A stretch of 37,861 nt of DNA, taken from the IMG/VR virus record IMGVR_UViG_3300044676_001128, positions 1-37,861 of that record. One strand, written 5' to 3'. The notes beneath the pieces were generated by a model, which did no database searches, had not been told where the DNA came from, and worked only from the letters and a program-made list of their open reading frames with translations. The DNA is from a virus (lineage: Duplodnaviria; Caudoviricetes). Below are positions 26,920 to 35,776 of this stretch, piece by piece; the first letter of the stretch is position 1; every line of letters starts with the position of its first letter. Position numbers and translations under genes: made by a program.

Positions 26920-28609
26920 TTTATTCAGTATAAGCTATACAGATACACCAACTAACTTACCTTTTATGCTACCAAACTTAGCTTTGATAGGCGATAAGGT
27001 AAGAAACTTTAAAGTGAAGTATACATCTTCACCACACATACAAAAAGGCAGACATGATATTAATGTACCAGATTATGTTATCACTAAAGATGAGATAAAT
27101 AAACAGGTACTATTGAGAGCTTGTCTATGGAGAATGAAGTTGTTTTATAATATGAACTTCAAAAATAAAACTGTGTTGAACTATTCAGCACAGTTGCTTT
27201 TCTCTTATAAAGTAGCTGAAGTTAGAAAAAATGACTTGCTTAAAAAGATGTATGGACAACCAAATTGGCGTGGACGTAGTATAGCTCACGAAACTATAAA
27301 AAAGACTCATGAAAGAATAGAGAGTGGTACATACACTAAAGAAGATAAGCTACTTATAGACTTGTATGAATCATCTACTATTCCCATAGGCTCAGAAGAA
27401 GATGTCTATATGTATGTAGTAAGGTTAATAAATGAACTTTATGAAACCAATGACGTACATAAATTCATTAGGGACTTTGTAAAAAAGTATGCGTGTGTTC
27501 AAGACGGTGGTATTCAAGCTACCAGAATGGAATCTACAATTCTAAATGTAGTTAGAACTAAAGTGGATTTTAGAATGCCCGAACATATTATTGAGCAAGA
27601 CTCTAGTATTATATTCCAAGCCTACTACTCAGCAATAGCTATTGTAAGAGAGGCTCAGTATTATGCACGAAGAATGGAAATTGAAACTAGTGCATGGAAA
27701 AAATACTGGAACGAAGATGATAAAGAGTACAAGCATGGTTGGGTGTATGATAAATTATCTGAAACTCAAGTAAGATACAGAGTCAATAAGATTCGTAGAA
27801 TACTTGAAGGTAAAGAAGGTAATAGACGTAACGTTCCAAACTGTTTACCAAGTAAACGTTATGAAGATGATACGCCTCAGCCAGAACAAGAGTATGCTCT
27901 TACTTTACCTAAAGGATTGGGTAAGGAATTAGCCCTAGAAGTTATGGAAGATGCTGATAGAAAGCACCAACATCTTGTAGATTACGAACGAGAAGTAGCC
28001 TCTGGTGTACATGGTAAAGCTAGATTAATACCATTCAAACCAGATGAATCAGTAGACAAAGCTATTAGAGAACTAAAGAAATCTAGTTCCGATAGAGGTG
28101 TCGTTCCTAGAAGTATGCACAGAATGGCTACCGATAGAAAGGTATTCAGTAGAAGAACAACTGTTGCAGGTGGCTCTATGATGATTGATTGCTCTGGCTC
28201 TATGGGGTTATATAAAGATGACATTAAAGAAATAGTTGAACTCTTACCAGCTTCTAATATTGCTGGTTATGTTGGTTACAACAGAAAAATAGATGACTAT
28301 GACGGAGAGATACGTGTCATTGCAAAAGACGGTAGAATGAGTAACCATGCTTTAGATAAACTTGGCGAATGGGGTGCTAACTCTGTTGACTTAGATGGGT
28401 TGAGGTGGTTAGCAACACAACCAGAGCCTAGAATATGGGTATCAGACCAACAAGTCATTGGTGTTATTGCCGATACAGGACGAAATGATTACCTTGACGG
28501 ACAGAAACGTAAGGAAATTTCTGTGTTCATGCGTAAGAATAATATTATTCCTATAGAAAATAGGGACACGATACTAAAGGTAGCTAAAAAGCTATCCCTT
28601 AAGCACTAG
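26912..28609 (+). CDS. VWA-domain (CobT-like) partner of the AAA ATPase
   Basis: MIDAS DxSxS (MMIDCSGSM) and RIWVSD in the C-terminal third; ATG 26912 overlaps the ATPase stop. Confidence 0.75.
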   Translation: MNSLFSISYTDTPTNLPFMLPNLALIGDKVRNFKVKYTSSPHIQKGRHDINVPDYVITKDEINKQVLLRACLWRMKLFYNMNFKNKTVLNYSAQLLFSYKVAEVRKNDLLKKMYGQPNWRGRSIAHETIKKTHERIESGTYTKEDKLLIDLYESSTIPIGSEEDVYMYVVRLINELYETNDVHKFIRDFVKKYACVQDGGIQATRMESTILNVVRTKVDFRMPEHIIEQDSSIIFQAYYSAIAIVREAQYYARRMEIETSAWKKYWNEDDKEYKHGWVYDKLSETQVRYRVNKIRRILEGKEGNRRNVPNCLPSKRYEDDTPQPEQEYALTLPKGLGKELALEVMEDADRKHQHLVDYEREVASGVHGKARLIPFKPDESVDKAIRELKKSSSDRGVVPRSMHRMATDRKVFSRRTTVAGGSMMIDCSGSMGLYKDDIKEIVELLPASNIAGYVGYNRKIDDYDGEIRVIAKDGRMSNHALDKLGEWGANSVDLDGLRWLATQPEPRIWVSDQQVIGVIADTGRNDYLDGQKRKEISVFMRKNNIIPIENRDTILKVAKKLSLKH

Positions 28610-28645
28610 GTAATCTCTCTTACCTATTGCCGTACTAATAAAATT

Positions 28646-28680
28646 AGGTGGTTAGACTTCGGTTTAGCCACCTTTTTTTT
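28646..28680 (+). terminator. Intrinsic terminator with cUUCGg loop
   Basis: AGGTGGTTAGAC-TTCG-GTTTAGCCACCT followed by a T run. Confidence 0.9.
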
Positions 28681-28689
28681 ATTTGCTAC

Positions 28690-28750
28690 TACGCATATGC
28701 GTAATCATATATAGTTGCAACTAAATCACAATCATGTTATGATTTACCTA
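28690..28750 (+). promoter_or_regulatory. Promoter for a leaderless transcript, overlaid by three palindromes
   Basis: TTGCAA (28715-20)-17 nt-TATGAT (28738-43) with TG extension; ATG begins 7 nt after the -10; no RBS. Confidence 0.7.
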
Positions 28751-29049
28751 TGAGTAACAATATAGAAAATACAGGAAAGGTAGATGTCCAACTTTTATTA
28801 GATGAGGCAACTGCAAAAACAAAGAGTGGTGGTGTTAAATGGTACGAAAGACTACCTAGAAACGCCGAGCCATTCATTGAAACATTATCGGACAGGGTAG
28901 AAAATCAAGGCGTTAAAGCTAACGCTAGGGTTATATGTGAAATACTTGAAAGAGAGTTTAACTTTGAAGTGTCACGTTCACGTGTTCGTCTTTGGTTAGC
29001 AAACATGGAGAAACGCTATGAACAAAAAACCCAAACCGACCAACAATAA
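28750..29049 (+). CDS. Small putative HTH DNA-binding protein
   Basis: 99 aa; NARVICEILEREFNFEVSRSRVRLWL resembles a helix-turn-helix. Confidence 0.6.
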   Translation: MSNNIENTGKVDVQLLLDEATAKTKSGGVKWYERLPRNAEPFIETLSDRVENQGVKANARVICEILEREFNFEVSRSRVRLWLANMEKRYEQKTQTDQQ

Positions 29050-30094
29050 AGAACTGCTAGACCTTTTAGCTGAGGCAGAGAGTGATAAAATTGCAGACCT
29101 TAAAGATACTAACACTAGGTTATTAAAGCAAATAGATAAACTCAAAGACAAAAGAGCTGATATGGTTGAGGCAGTATATCAAGGTGCTAGAGATGGTATG
29201 AGAACTTTACAGTTCCCCGATATACACAAACCGACTAGCAAAAAAACCCAGAAAAAAGAGGAAGAAATCTGCGTCCCATTGATATCAGATATCCAACTCG
29301 CAAAGAGAACCCCAGACTACGACACTAATGTAGCTGAGGAAAGGGTTAAACGATATGCAGAAAAGATAGTCAAGCTCACAAAAATACAAAGAGCTACGCA
29401 TACTGTAGATAAATGTGTGGTGCTTGCTTTAGGAGACATAGTTGAAGGAGAGCTTATATTTCCAGGACAGTCACATTTAATTGACAGTTCTTTATATAGA
29501 CAAGTAACTGTAGATGGTCCTAGAATCATGCACACTTTCTTTTCTATCTTATTGGAAAACTTCAAAGAAGTAGAAGTATACTGGGTTATAGGTAATCATG
29601 GGGCTTTGGGTGGTCGTTCACGCAGAGATTACAACCCTGAGACAAACGCTGATAGAATGTTAGGCAAAATACTAGACACTATGTTCGCGGGAGAGAAACG
29701 CATTAAGTTTCATATCCCTGAAGGCGTTGACAATCATTGGTACACAGTAGCTGACTTAGGCGAAAAGGCTAAGTTCTTTTGTTTTCATGGAGATAACATA
29801 CGTGGTTCAATGGGTGTTCCCTTCTATGGATACAATAAAAAAATACTAGGTTGGAAAGCTCTTGCAGCAAATGGATTGATGGAAGACTTTACACACGCAG
29901 TAGCAGGACATTACCACACACCAACATCACTATATATTAATGATGTTCGTCTATGGGTTAATGGTTCTACTGAGAGTTATAACAGTTATGCACAAGAACA
30001 GTTAGCAAGTATGGGTAGACCATGCCAGTTTACGTTGTTTGTGAAACCTGATAAAGGAGTTACTGCAGAGTATCTAGTACAACTAGAGGAGTAG
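29018..30094 (+). CDS. Calcineurin-like metallophosphoesterase with N-terminal coiled coil
   Basis: Motifs SDIQ, LGDIVEG, GNHG, FHGD, GHYH, NGS. Confidence 0.85.
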   Translation: MNKKPKPTNNKELLDLLAEAESDKIADLKDTNTRLLKQIDKLKDKRADMVEAVYQGARDGMRTLQFPDIHKPTSKKTQKKEEEICVPLISDIQLAKRTPDYDTNVAEERVKRYAEKIVKLTKIQRATHTVDKCVVLALGDIVEGELIFPGQSHLIDSSLYRQVTVDGPRIMHTFFSILLENFKEVEVYWVIGNHGALGGRSRRDYNPETNADRMLGKILDTMFAGEKRIKFHIPEGVDNHWYTVADLGEKAKFFCFHGDNIRGSMGVPFYGYNKKILGWKALAANGLMEDFTHAVAGHYHTPTSLYINDVRLWVNGSTESYNSYAQEQLASMGRPCQFTLFVKPDKGVTAEYLVQLEE

Positions 30095-30097
30095 ATT

Positions 30098-30238
30098 ATG
30101 TCACATATTTGTATGTATTGCGGAAAAGCATTGTTTGTTAAGAGAGCTGAGTTAGTTTGTCTTAACAGTTTATGCAAGCTCTTTCGTAAAGAACAGTTTA
30201 AATTGACAGATATACCATTAAATTCAGAACAAGTATAA
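30098..30238 (+). CDS. 46-aa zinc-ribbon microprotein (MSHICMYCGK...CLNSLC)
   Basis: GAGGAG RBS; not in ORF track. Confidence 0.65.
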   Translation: MSHICMYCGKALFVKRAELVCLNSLCKLFRKEQFKLTDIPLNSEQV

Positions 30239-30267
30239 AATATACAAACGATTAGAAAGGAGTGTTC

Positions 30268-31029
30268 GTGGATAAAGAAACACAAAAAAAATTAATTAAG
30301 AACTTCCCAAAAGAAGTTGTAATGAAAGCCCCCAAAGGTAAGTATGGAGACTATGTTCCTCATCACATATACACACAGAGATTAGTGGATGTAATTCCTG
30401 GTGGGTATGACTACACATACGAGGTAGTTAGGGGTGCTGACAATAGTATCATAGGTGCAAAGTGCAAACTGTACATTAAATCAACAGACCAAACTATAGA
30501 AGAAGTTGGTGATGTTGATATGAACGCAGTCAATAGAAACATTACAGAGAGTGAAATATTAAAGCTAGCTGTATCAGACGGCATTAAAAGATGTTGCATG
30601 AGACTGGGTATCGGACTTGAATTATGGACAGGTGGTGTCTCTGAAGAACATCATTATGCAGAAGAAGTAGAAGCAAAGCCAACCACTAATCGGGAGACTA
30701 AAAAAGCAGAGGTGGTCAGCACTCCTGCCTCTGCTCCGTCTCCTAAAGTAGAAACAATGGTCATTATTACTGAAGGAACTATGACACCTAAGTGTCTAAG
30801 TTGCGATAGTGAACTATGGGATAACAGACACGACAAAGCTAGTGGTAAAATAAAGCCTACATATCCAGATTGGAAATGTAAGAACAAAGATTGCGACAAC
30901 GGTAACCCTAGAATATATTACATTGATTCATTTGCTAACGATAAGAAAGCACCAGAAGAATGGTATATGCCAGAGATGCCTAAAGCAAAAGACCTAGACG
31001 ATTTGGAAGAGGACGTAGCTCCCTTTTAA
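30268..31029 (+). CDS. sak: Rad52/22-family single-strand annealing protein (Sak-like) with C-terminal Zn ribbon and SSB-like tail
   Basis: YVPHHIYTQRLVDV and KLAVSDGIKRCCMRLGIGLELW are Rad52-family motifs; AGAAAGGAG RBS favours GTG 30268. Confidence 0.8.
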   Translation: MDKETQKKLIKNFPKEVVMKAPKGKYGDYVPHHIYTQRLVDVIPGGYDYTYEVVRGADNSIIGAKCKLYIKSTDQTIEEVGDVDMNAVNRNITESEILKLAVSDGIKRCCMRLGIGLELWTGGVSEEHHYAEEVEAKPTTNRETKKAEVVSTPASAPSPKVETMVIITEGTMTPKCLSCDSELWDNRHDKASGKIKPTYPDWKCKNKDCDNGNPRIYYIDSFANDKKAPEEWYMPEMPKAKDLDDLEEDVAPF

Positions 31030-31031
31030 TT

Positions 31032-31084
31032 AAAAAAAAGCAGAAGCCGAGGTAGAAAGGATAACACCCTCGGCTTTGCTATTT
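31032..31084 (-). terminator. Terminator between convergent arms (U-tract on minus; possibly bidirectional)
   Basis: AAGCCGAGG/CCTCGGCTT stem, 15-nt loop, A7 on plus at 31032-38. Confidence 0.8.
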
Positions 31085-31087
31085 GAA

Positions 31088-31390
31088 TTACTTACTTGGT
31101 TTAACTGGCTTTGGACCAATTTGTTTTTTAGCAAACTCTTTTACTACTACTAAAGCAGCAGCACCGCCTGATAAGGCAGCAAGTTGTACAGCATCTGCGT
31201 CAACACCAACTAAAGGTGCGACTGTAAGAGCTGAAATGAATGCTTCAACAAAAGTCCATACAGTTTTACTAAGAACATCTTTATATTCTTTGCTCATTGT
31301 ATACTCCCATGTATCATTCCAAGGAGTCCACCACACGTTTTTTTTAAACGTCCCGTCAGAATTTCGTGACCTTTTTAACTTCTCAAACAT
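31088..31390 (-). CDS. Holin (r1t-like actinophage type), possible second start at 31297
   Basis: KTVWTFVEAFISAL...AALSGGAAALVVVKEFA, two TM segments, follows peptidase. Confidence 0.75.
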   Translation of the reverse strand: MFEKLKRSRNSDGTFKKNVWWTPWNDTWEYTMSKEYKDVLSKTVWTFVEAFISALTVAPLVGVDADAVQLAALSGGAAALVVVKEFAKKQIGPKPVKPSK

Positions 31391-31986
31391 TATGTTATTA
31401 TTCTACCTTCTAACATTGCATTTGTTTTAATAACGTTACCATTTATTTCTTGGAGCTTTTCATACACACTATCAGCTAGTATCATATGGTCTTTAGCTTT
31501 GTTATCTTCCTCAGGTTTTTGTTCAAGCAATTTGTTTATTGTTGTATATTCTATAGTAACTTTTTTTCCTTGTAGTAATTGACTTGCAACTTTTGCATAC
31601 ATTTTTTTGTACGCTACTGAACTTGAGCCGACAAACCCGTCCTTAGATATCTCTAGGTCTTGTTGTGTTTCACCTACAATTAAACAGCCTGATGTATGTT
31701 CATCAGTATTTCCTGTGTGTATAAGTATATAGGTAAAGTTAGGTACATCTTGTATATGCAACATACCATAATGTGCATTCTTATATCTCTCTGAATACTT
31801 TGCGTGAAATCCACCTGTCTTTCTAAACTCTATATTGTATTTGCCCTCTGGTATGCAGGTTTCGTGCATAACTTTAACTGCTTGATACTGGTCTTCTAGT
31901 GTATAACATTCAAAGATACCATCTATAAACAACATTCCATTCGTAGCATCTTTGCCGAACTGTGTTCTTACAACTTGTAGTTTCAT
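31390..31986 (-). CDS. DUF5675-family putative peptidase (probable endolysin)
   Basis: CYTLED, ETCIPEG, DVPNFTYILIHTGNT...TSGCLIVG motifs; adjacent to holin. Confidence 0.8.
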   Translation of the reverse strand: MKLQVVRTQFGKDATNGMLFIDGIFECYTLEDQYQAVKVMHETCIPEGKYNIEFRKTGGFHAKYSERYKNAHYGMLHIQDVPNFTYILIHTGNTDEHTSGCLIVGETQQDLEISKDGFVGSSSVAYKKMYAKVASQLLQGKKVTIEYTTINKLLEQKPEEDNKAKDHMILADSVYEKLQEINGNVIKTNAMLEGRIIT

Positions 31987-31988
31987 TA

Positions 31989-32174
31989 TTATTCCTTTCT
32001 AAAACTAATGGTCAGCAACCATATACCTAGAGTAATAACTGTAGCTAATCCTGTCACTTGCTGAGCAGAACCAGTCAATGTTAGTGTTGCAATAACTAAA
32101 CCTACCAAAGTCCAACTAAGGTTTAATGTTTCTTTAATTGCTGATACTAACCATGACCATAACTTCTTAATCAT
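31989..32174 (-). CDS. Small two-TM membrane protein
   Basis: SWTLVGLVIATLTLTGSA; coupled to the acidic surface protein. Confidence 0.7.
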   Translation of the reverse strand: MIKKLWSWLVSAIKETLNLSWTLVGLVIATLTLTGSAQQVTGLATVITLGIWLLTISFRKE

Positions 32175-34201
32175 AAATTTCTCCTAAATACGAAAGCTGC
32201 CATACTAGCTATTCTAGTCAGAATAACTGGCACTACAACTTCTTGTGCTTTTTCTCTTTGGTCTTGTGTCATGTCATCACCTATGTTTGATAGTGTGACA
32301 TCTTCAAAATCTAAATCAATAAATGTTTCTATAGGGTTCTCTAAAAAAGATTCGTAGTTTACTTCTGTTACAACATCAGCAAGTGTGTAGTTCTCTACAT
32401 CTGAGTTATCTACAGCTCTCTCTACATATTCTTCTACAGCTTCTGCTATGACCTCGTCATCTTTAACAGACTCTGCAATAATAGATACATCTTCTGCTTC
32501 TACTTGGAATACTTCAGCTACAACTTCTACCTGTTCTTCAGTAAGCTCTTCAACATCTGCAATAGCTTCCTCAACAACAGCTTGAACTATCTCTTGTACT
32601 TCTTCAGTAGCTTGGTCTAAGTTTTGTACACCAATGTCATTGACCTCTTCTAAGACTTCAACAACTTCTTCTTCGGTAAGGTCTTGTACATACTCTTGTA
32701 TTGCTTCTTCTTTAGCTTCTTCATATTCAACTAACTCCTCTTCTGTAAAATTATCTATCTCTTCTTCGGTAGCTATCTCTATTTCTATATCAATAACTTC
32801 TTCTATTTGAGCTACTTCAACAGCAACTTCTTCCTCAGTAAGCTCTAAGGGTTCTTTATCTTCCACTCTCGGTAGTGTTGTTCCTGGCGTATCTTCATTA
32901 ACAACTTCCTGTATCGGCTCATCCAGAACTTCCTGTACATCCTCTTTAATTTCTTCATCTTTTATCTCCTCCTCTATTTCATCTTGTACTGGTATCTCCA
33001 CCACGATTTCGGGGACAATATCTTCCAAATCGAATTCAATAATCTCGAACTCAATAGGCGGTTCTTCAAACTCCACCACTTCATCTTCAAATACTTCCTC
33101 TTTAGGTGGGTCGAGTACAACAACATCATCCTCAGGAATGATGACATCCACATCTTCTTTAATTTCTTCAACGACTACCTCCTCTTTTATAATATCATCT
33201 TTAATATCTTCTTCAATAGGTTCAGGTATATTACAATCACCACGCTCTATCTGTGCGTTAGTCATAAAGCAACCAAACTTATTCTCATTATCTATACGCT
33301 CCTGGTCACGCTCTATAGTGCCATCATTAACATCTGCTTGTGTATAAGTCTTATCAACACCTTCTACTTTTACATCAACAATAATTTCTTCAGGTGTAGG
33401 TGGTGGTGGAGGTGGTGGAGGTGGTGAAACATAAACAGTTGTAGTTGGTGCAACATACTGTGTAGTTTCAAAGTTATTACTATCACTATCTGTACAACTT
33501 TCACCATTTTCTATGTCACCACAGACACTAAATGTCCAGTAAAAAGTTCCTGTTTGTATGTTTGTGTAATCTAATGTGTATGTTCTAGCAGTAGTATCTG
33601 TAATGATTACCCTATCCCAAATAGAATTATCATAGCTGTAGTTAATATGAAATTCGTTTACTAAAGTATTTCCATCTGTATATTCCCAAGCAAAATAAAC
33701 ATCTTTACCTTGATAGTTTACTGACACATTAGTTGCGTCATCAGGTACAGCAGGTGGAACAGTAGTAGTTGTAGTAGGAGTAGAACCATAGTCACAATCA
33801 ATACTAACGATACCTGTCCATTCAGAATAACTAGCATCTGTGTCATTGTCTGCTCTTACTTTTGCATAGAATGTATCTGATGTTGTACCGAATACATTCT
33901 CTCTATAACTAGCAGTAAACACATAGCTCTTGTAAGACAAAGCAGTTTCCCAACCAGGAGTACTTGCAACTGCATAATTACTTTCTACAAAATTATCATT
34001 ACTAAATGCTATTGCGTATCGTTCAGGTGGACTATCTTCAAAGCCATCACTCTCTTGCCATGTAACAGTAATGTCACCTTTAGTTGTGTCACCATCAGCA
34101 TCACAAGCTATAGATATATCGTATGGTGTTTGTGTAGGTACATGGTCTGCAAGTGCAGGCGTAGGTATTAATAAAAAGAATGCAAGACAGAGTCTACGCA
34201 T
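32171..34201 (-). CDS. Secreted, membrane-anchored surface protein with FN3-like domains and acidic stalk
   Basis: Signal peptide (ALA site), two beta domains with Thr/Pro linkers, poly-Pro, Glu/Asp/Val-rich stalk, C-terminal hydrophobic anchor plus RR. Confidence 0.75.
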   Translation of the reverse strand: MRRLCLAFFLLIPTPALADHVPTQTPYDISIACDADGDTTKGDITVTWQESDGFEDSPPERYAIAFSNDNFVESNYAVASTPGWETALSYKSYVFTASYRENVFGTTSDTFYAKVRADNDTDASYSEWTGIVSIDCDYGSTPTTTTTVPPAVPDDATNVSVNYQGKDVYFAWEYTDGNTLVNEFHINYSYDNSIWDRVIITDTTARTYTLDYTNIQTGTFYWTFSVCGDIENGESCTDSDSNNFETTQYVAPTTTVYVSPPPPPPPPPTPEEIIVDVKVEGVDKTYTQADVNDGTIERDQERIDNENKFGCFMTNAQIERGDCNIPEPIEEDIKDDIIKEEVVVEEIKEDVDVIIPEDDVVVLDPPKEEVFEDEVVEFEEPPIEFEIIEFDLEDIVPEIVVEIPVQDEIEEEIKDEEIKEDVQEVLDEPIQEVVNEDTPGTTLPRVEDKEPLELTEEEVAVEVAQIEEVIDIEIEIATEEEIDNFTEEELVEYEEAKEEAIQEYVQDLTEEEVVEVLEEVNDIGVQNLDQATEEVQEIVQAVVEEAIADVEELTEEQVEVVAEVFQVEAEDVSIIAESVKDDEVIAEAVEEYVERAVDNSDVENYTLADVVTEVNYESFLENPIETFIDLDFEDVTLSNIGDDMTQDQREKAQEVVVPVILTRIASMAAFVFRRNL

Positions 34202-34368
34202 TACATTAAAGCAGCAACAACAACTCCACCTATTGCTACAATGAGCATTAATACTTTATAAAACTCTGATTTATCTAACTTTGCATCTAGCTTATCTTCT
34301 ATTTTATCTAGTCGTTCAATAACCATATTGAGAAGTTCCTTTTGGGTATAGCCATTGCTGTTTGTCAT
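34201..34368 (-). CDS. 55-aa coiled-coil + TM protein
   Basis: MTNSNGYTQKELLNMVIERLDKIEDKLDAKLDKSEFYKVLMLIVAIGGVVVAALM; GAGGA RBS; TAATG coupling. Confidence 0.7.
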   Translation of the reverse strand: MTNSNGYTQKELLNMVIERLDKIEDKLDAKLDKSEFYKVLMLIVAIGGVVVAALM

Positions 34369-34506
34369 TTATGGTAAATCCTCATGCGACATCCAGTCCC
34401 ATTCTTTATCATAGGAATTATCATAGTCCCACTTACTTAGTCTTTTAAGATAAGAACTAATTTCTTTTAAAAAATACCCTAGTAAAAATCCAATTATAAA
34501 ATCCAT
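34369..34506 (-). CDS. 45-aa membrane microprotein, probably leaderless
   Basis: MDFIIGFLLGYFLKEISS...; ATG begins 7 nt after TGA-TATACT (34513-21). Confidence 0.6.
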   Translation of the reverse strand: MDFIIGFLLGYFLKEISSYLKRLSKWDYDNSYDKEWDWMSHEDLP

Positions 34507-34529
34507 TACTGGAGTATATCACAAAATGT

Positions 34530-34904
34530 TTATGGTGTAATTAAATCCCAACTTGTTGTTTCTTCATTCCAAGTATAACCATTACCATCATCAGGTTCTG
34601 CTATAGGAGCTTTCCAAACCCAAGGACTATCAGCATATAATACCCAACTTGGATAAGGTTGAGGTGGAAGAAATATGTCACTATCTTCATCATAGGTATA
34701 TCCTATACCTGCAAAGTTACCTCTAAAAGGAGTTCCTCCATCGTGATGATGACCTTCTCTTGTATTGTAAGAAGTCCTTTTACAAGTTTGACCTTTAATT
34801 TCTTCATACTTTTGTTCCCAATCTATACCATCAGTACCTTCATCTTTACCAACAATAACGCTAGTAACAATATTATTTTCATCTAAAAATGCGTAATGTG
34901 CCAT
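34530..34904 (-). CDS. Tail-fibre-associated protein
   Basis: MAHYAFLDENNIV...RTSYNT...FRGNFAGIGYTYD...PPQPYPSW family that typically follows glycine-rich genes in aquatic phages. Confidence 0.7.
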   Translation of the reverse strand: MAHYAFLDENNIVTSVIVGKDEGTDGIDWEQKYEEIKGQTCKRTSYNTREGHHHDGGTPFRGNFAGIGYTYDEDSDIFLPPQPYPSWVLYADSPWVWKAPIAEPDDGNGYTWNEETTSWDLITP

Positions 34905-35776
34905 TATGCGAAACTCACTGTTCCTGTTCCTGCTGTAATAGTTGTAACTTTATCTGAACCATCTGTAGCAGTTGACATTGTTAAACTTAATAAATCATCT
35001 GTAATAGTAAAAGTATCTGGATAACGAACAATAATCACACCGGAACCACCTGCTCTGCCTCCACCTGTTGAACAACAAGATGCTCCAGAGGTTCTAGGAC
35101 CTCCACCGCCTCCACCACCTTTGTTAGCAGTCCCTGTTCCTCCACCACCACCACCACCATCAGTAGCAGTACCATTTGATGAACCATTATATCCAAAACC
35201 TCCACCGCCTCCTCCAGCTCTACCAACTGCTGAACCTGTGATTGAAGATGTTAGACCTGCACCACCATTTCCTCCTGGACCATTTGGAGCATTACTACCA
35301 ACTGACCCTGTTGCAGATGCACCACCTCCACCTCCACCACCAGCTCCTGCATAGTAGCCACCTCGACCACCATCCATTCCCTGATTAGCAGTTCCTGAAC
35401 CCTGAACTGTTCCATTTGCTCCACGACCTCCACCACCAGAACCACCATCAGTTTGAGCTGTTCCTCCACCATCAGATGTTATTGTAGAAAAAATAGAATC
35501 TGAACCATTGGTATCATTACTACCACCAGCTCCGATTTCAACTGTATATGATTCTCCTATAATTAATGTAGAAGGTGTTTCTGTTGATGAATTTGCTCCA
35601 GAAGTTTCACTTGCATAGGAGTTTCTATAACCACCAGCACCACCTCCACCTCCACCACTCTGGTCTGGACCATAGTTGGAGCCACCACCAGCACCACCTG
35701 CAATAACTAAATATTCTACATCAAATTCTCTTAAAGCTGAACCTGCGAAACCAAATCTAGCTGAAGCTAAAGGCAT
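34904..35776 (-). CDS. Glycine-rich domain tail/receptor-binding protein
   Basis: VEYLVIAGGAGGG...GGSGVIIVRY family signature. Confidence 0.75.
   Translation of the reverse strand: MPLASARFGFAGSALREFDVEYLVIAGGAGGGSNYGPDQSGGGGGGAGGYRNSYASETSGANSSTETPSTLIIGESYTVEIGAGGSNDTNGSDSIFSTITSDGGGTAQTDGGSGGGGRGANGTVQGSGTANQGMDGGRGGYYAGAGGGGGGGASATGSVGSNAPNGPGGNGGAGLTSSITGSAVGRAGGGGGGFGYNGSSNGTATDGGGGGGGTGTANKGGGGGGGPRTSGASCCSTGGGRAGGSGVIIVRYPDTFTITDDLLSLTMSTATDGSDKVTTITAGTGTVSFA

Noticed and set aside
35035-35700. CCA/CCT triplet repeats and overlapping ORFs
   Set aside because: Poly-glycine codons of the glycine-rich gene; the same holds for the poly-Pro tract near 33400.
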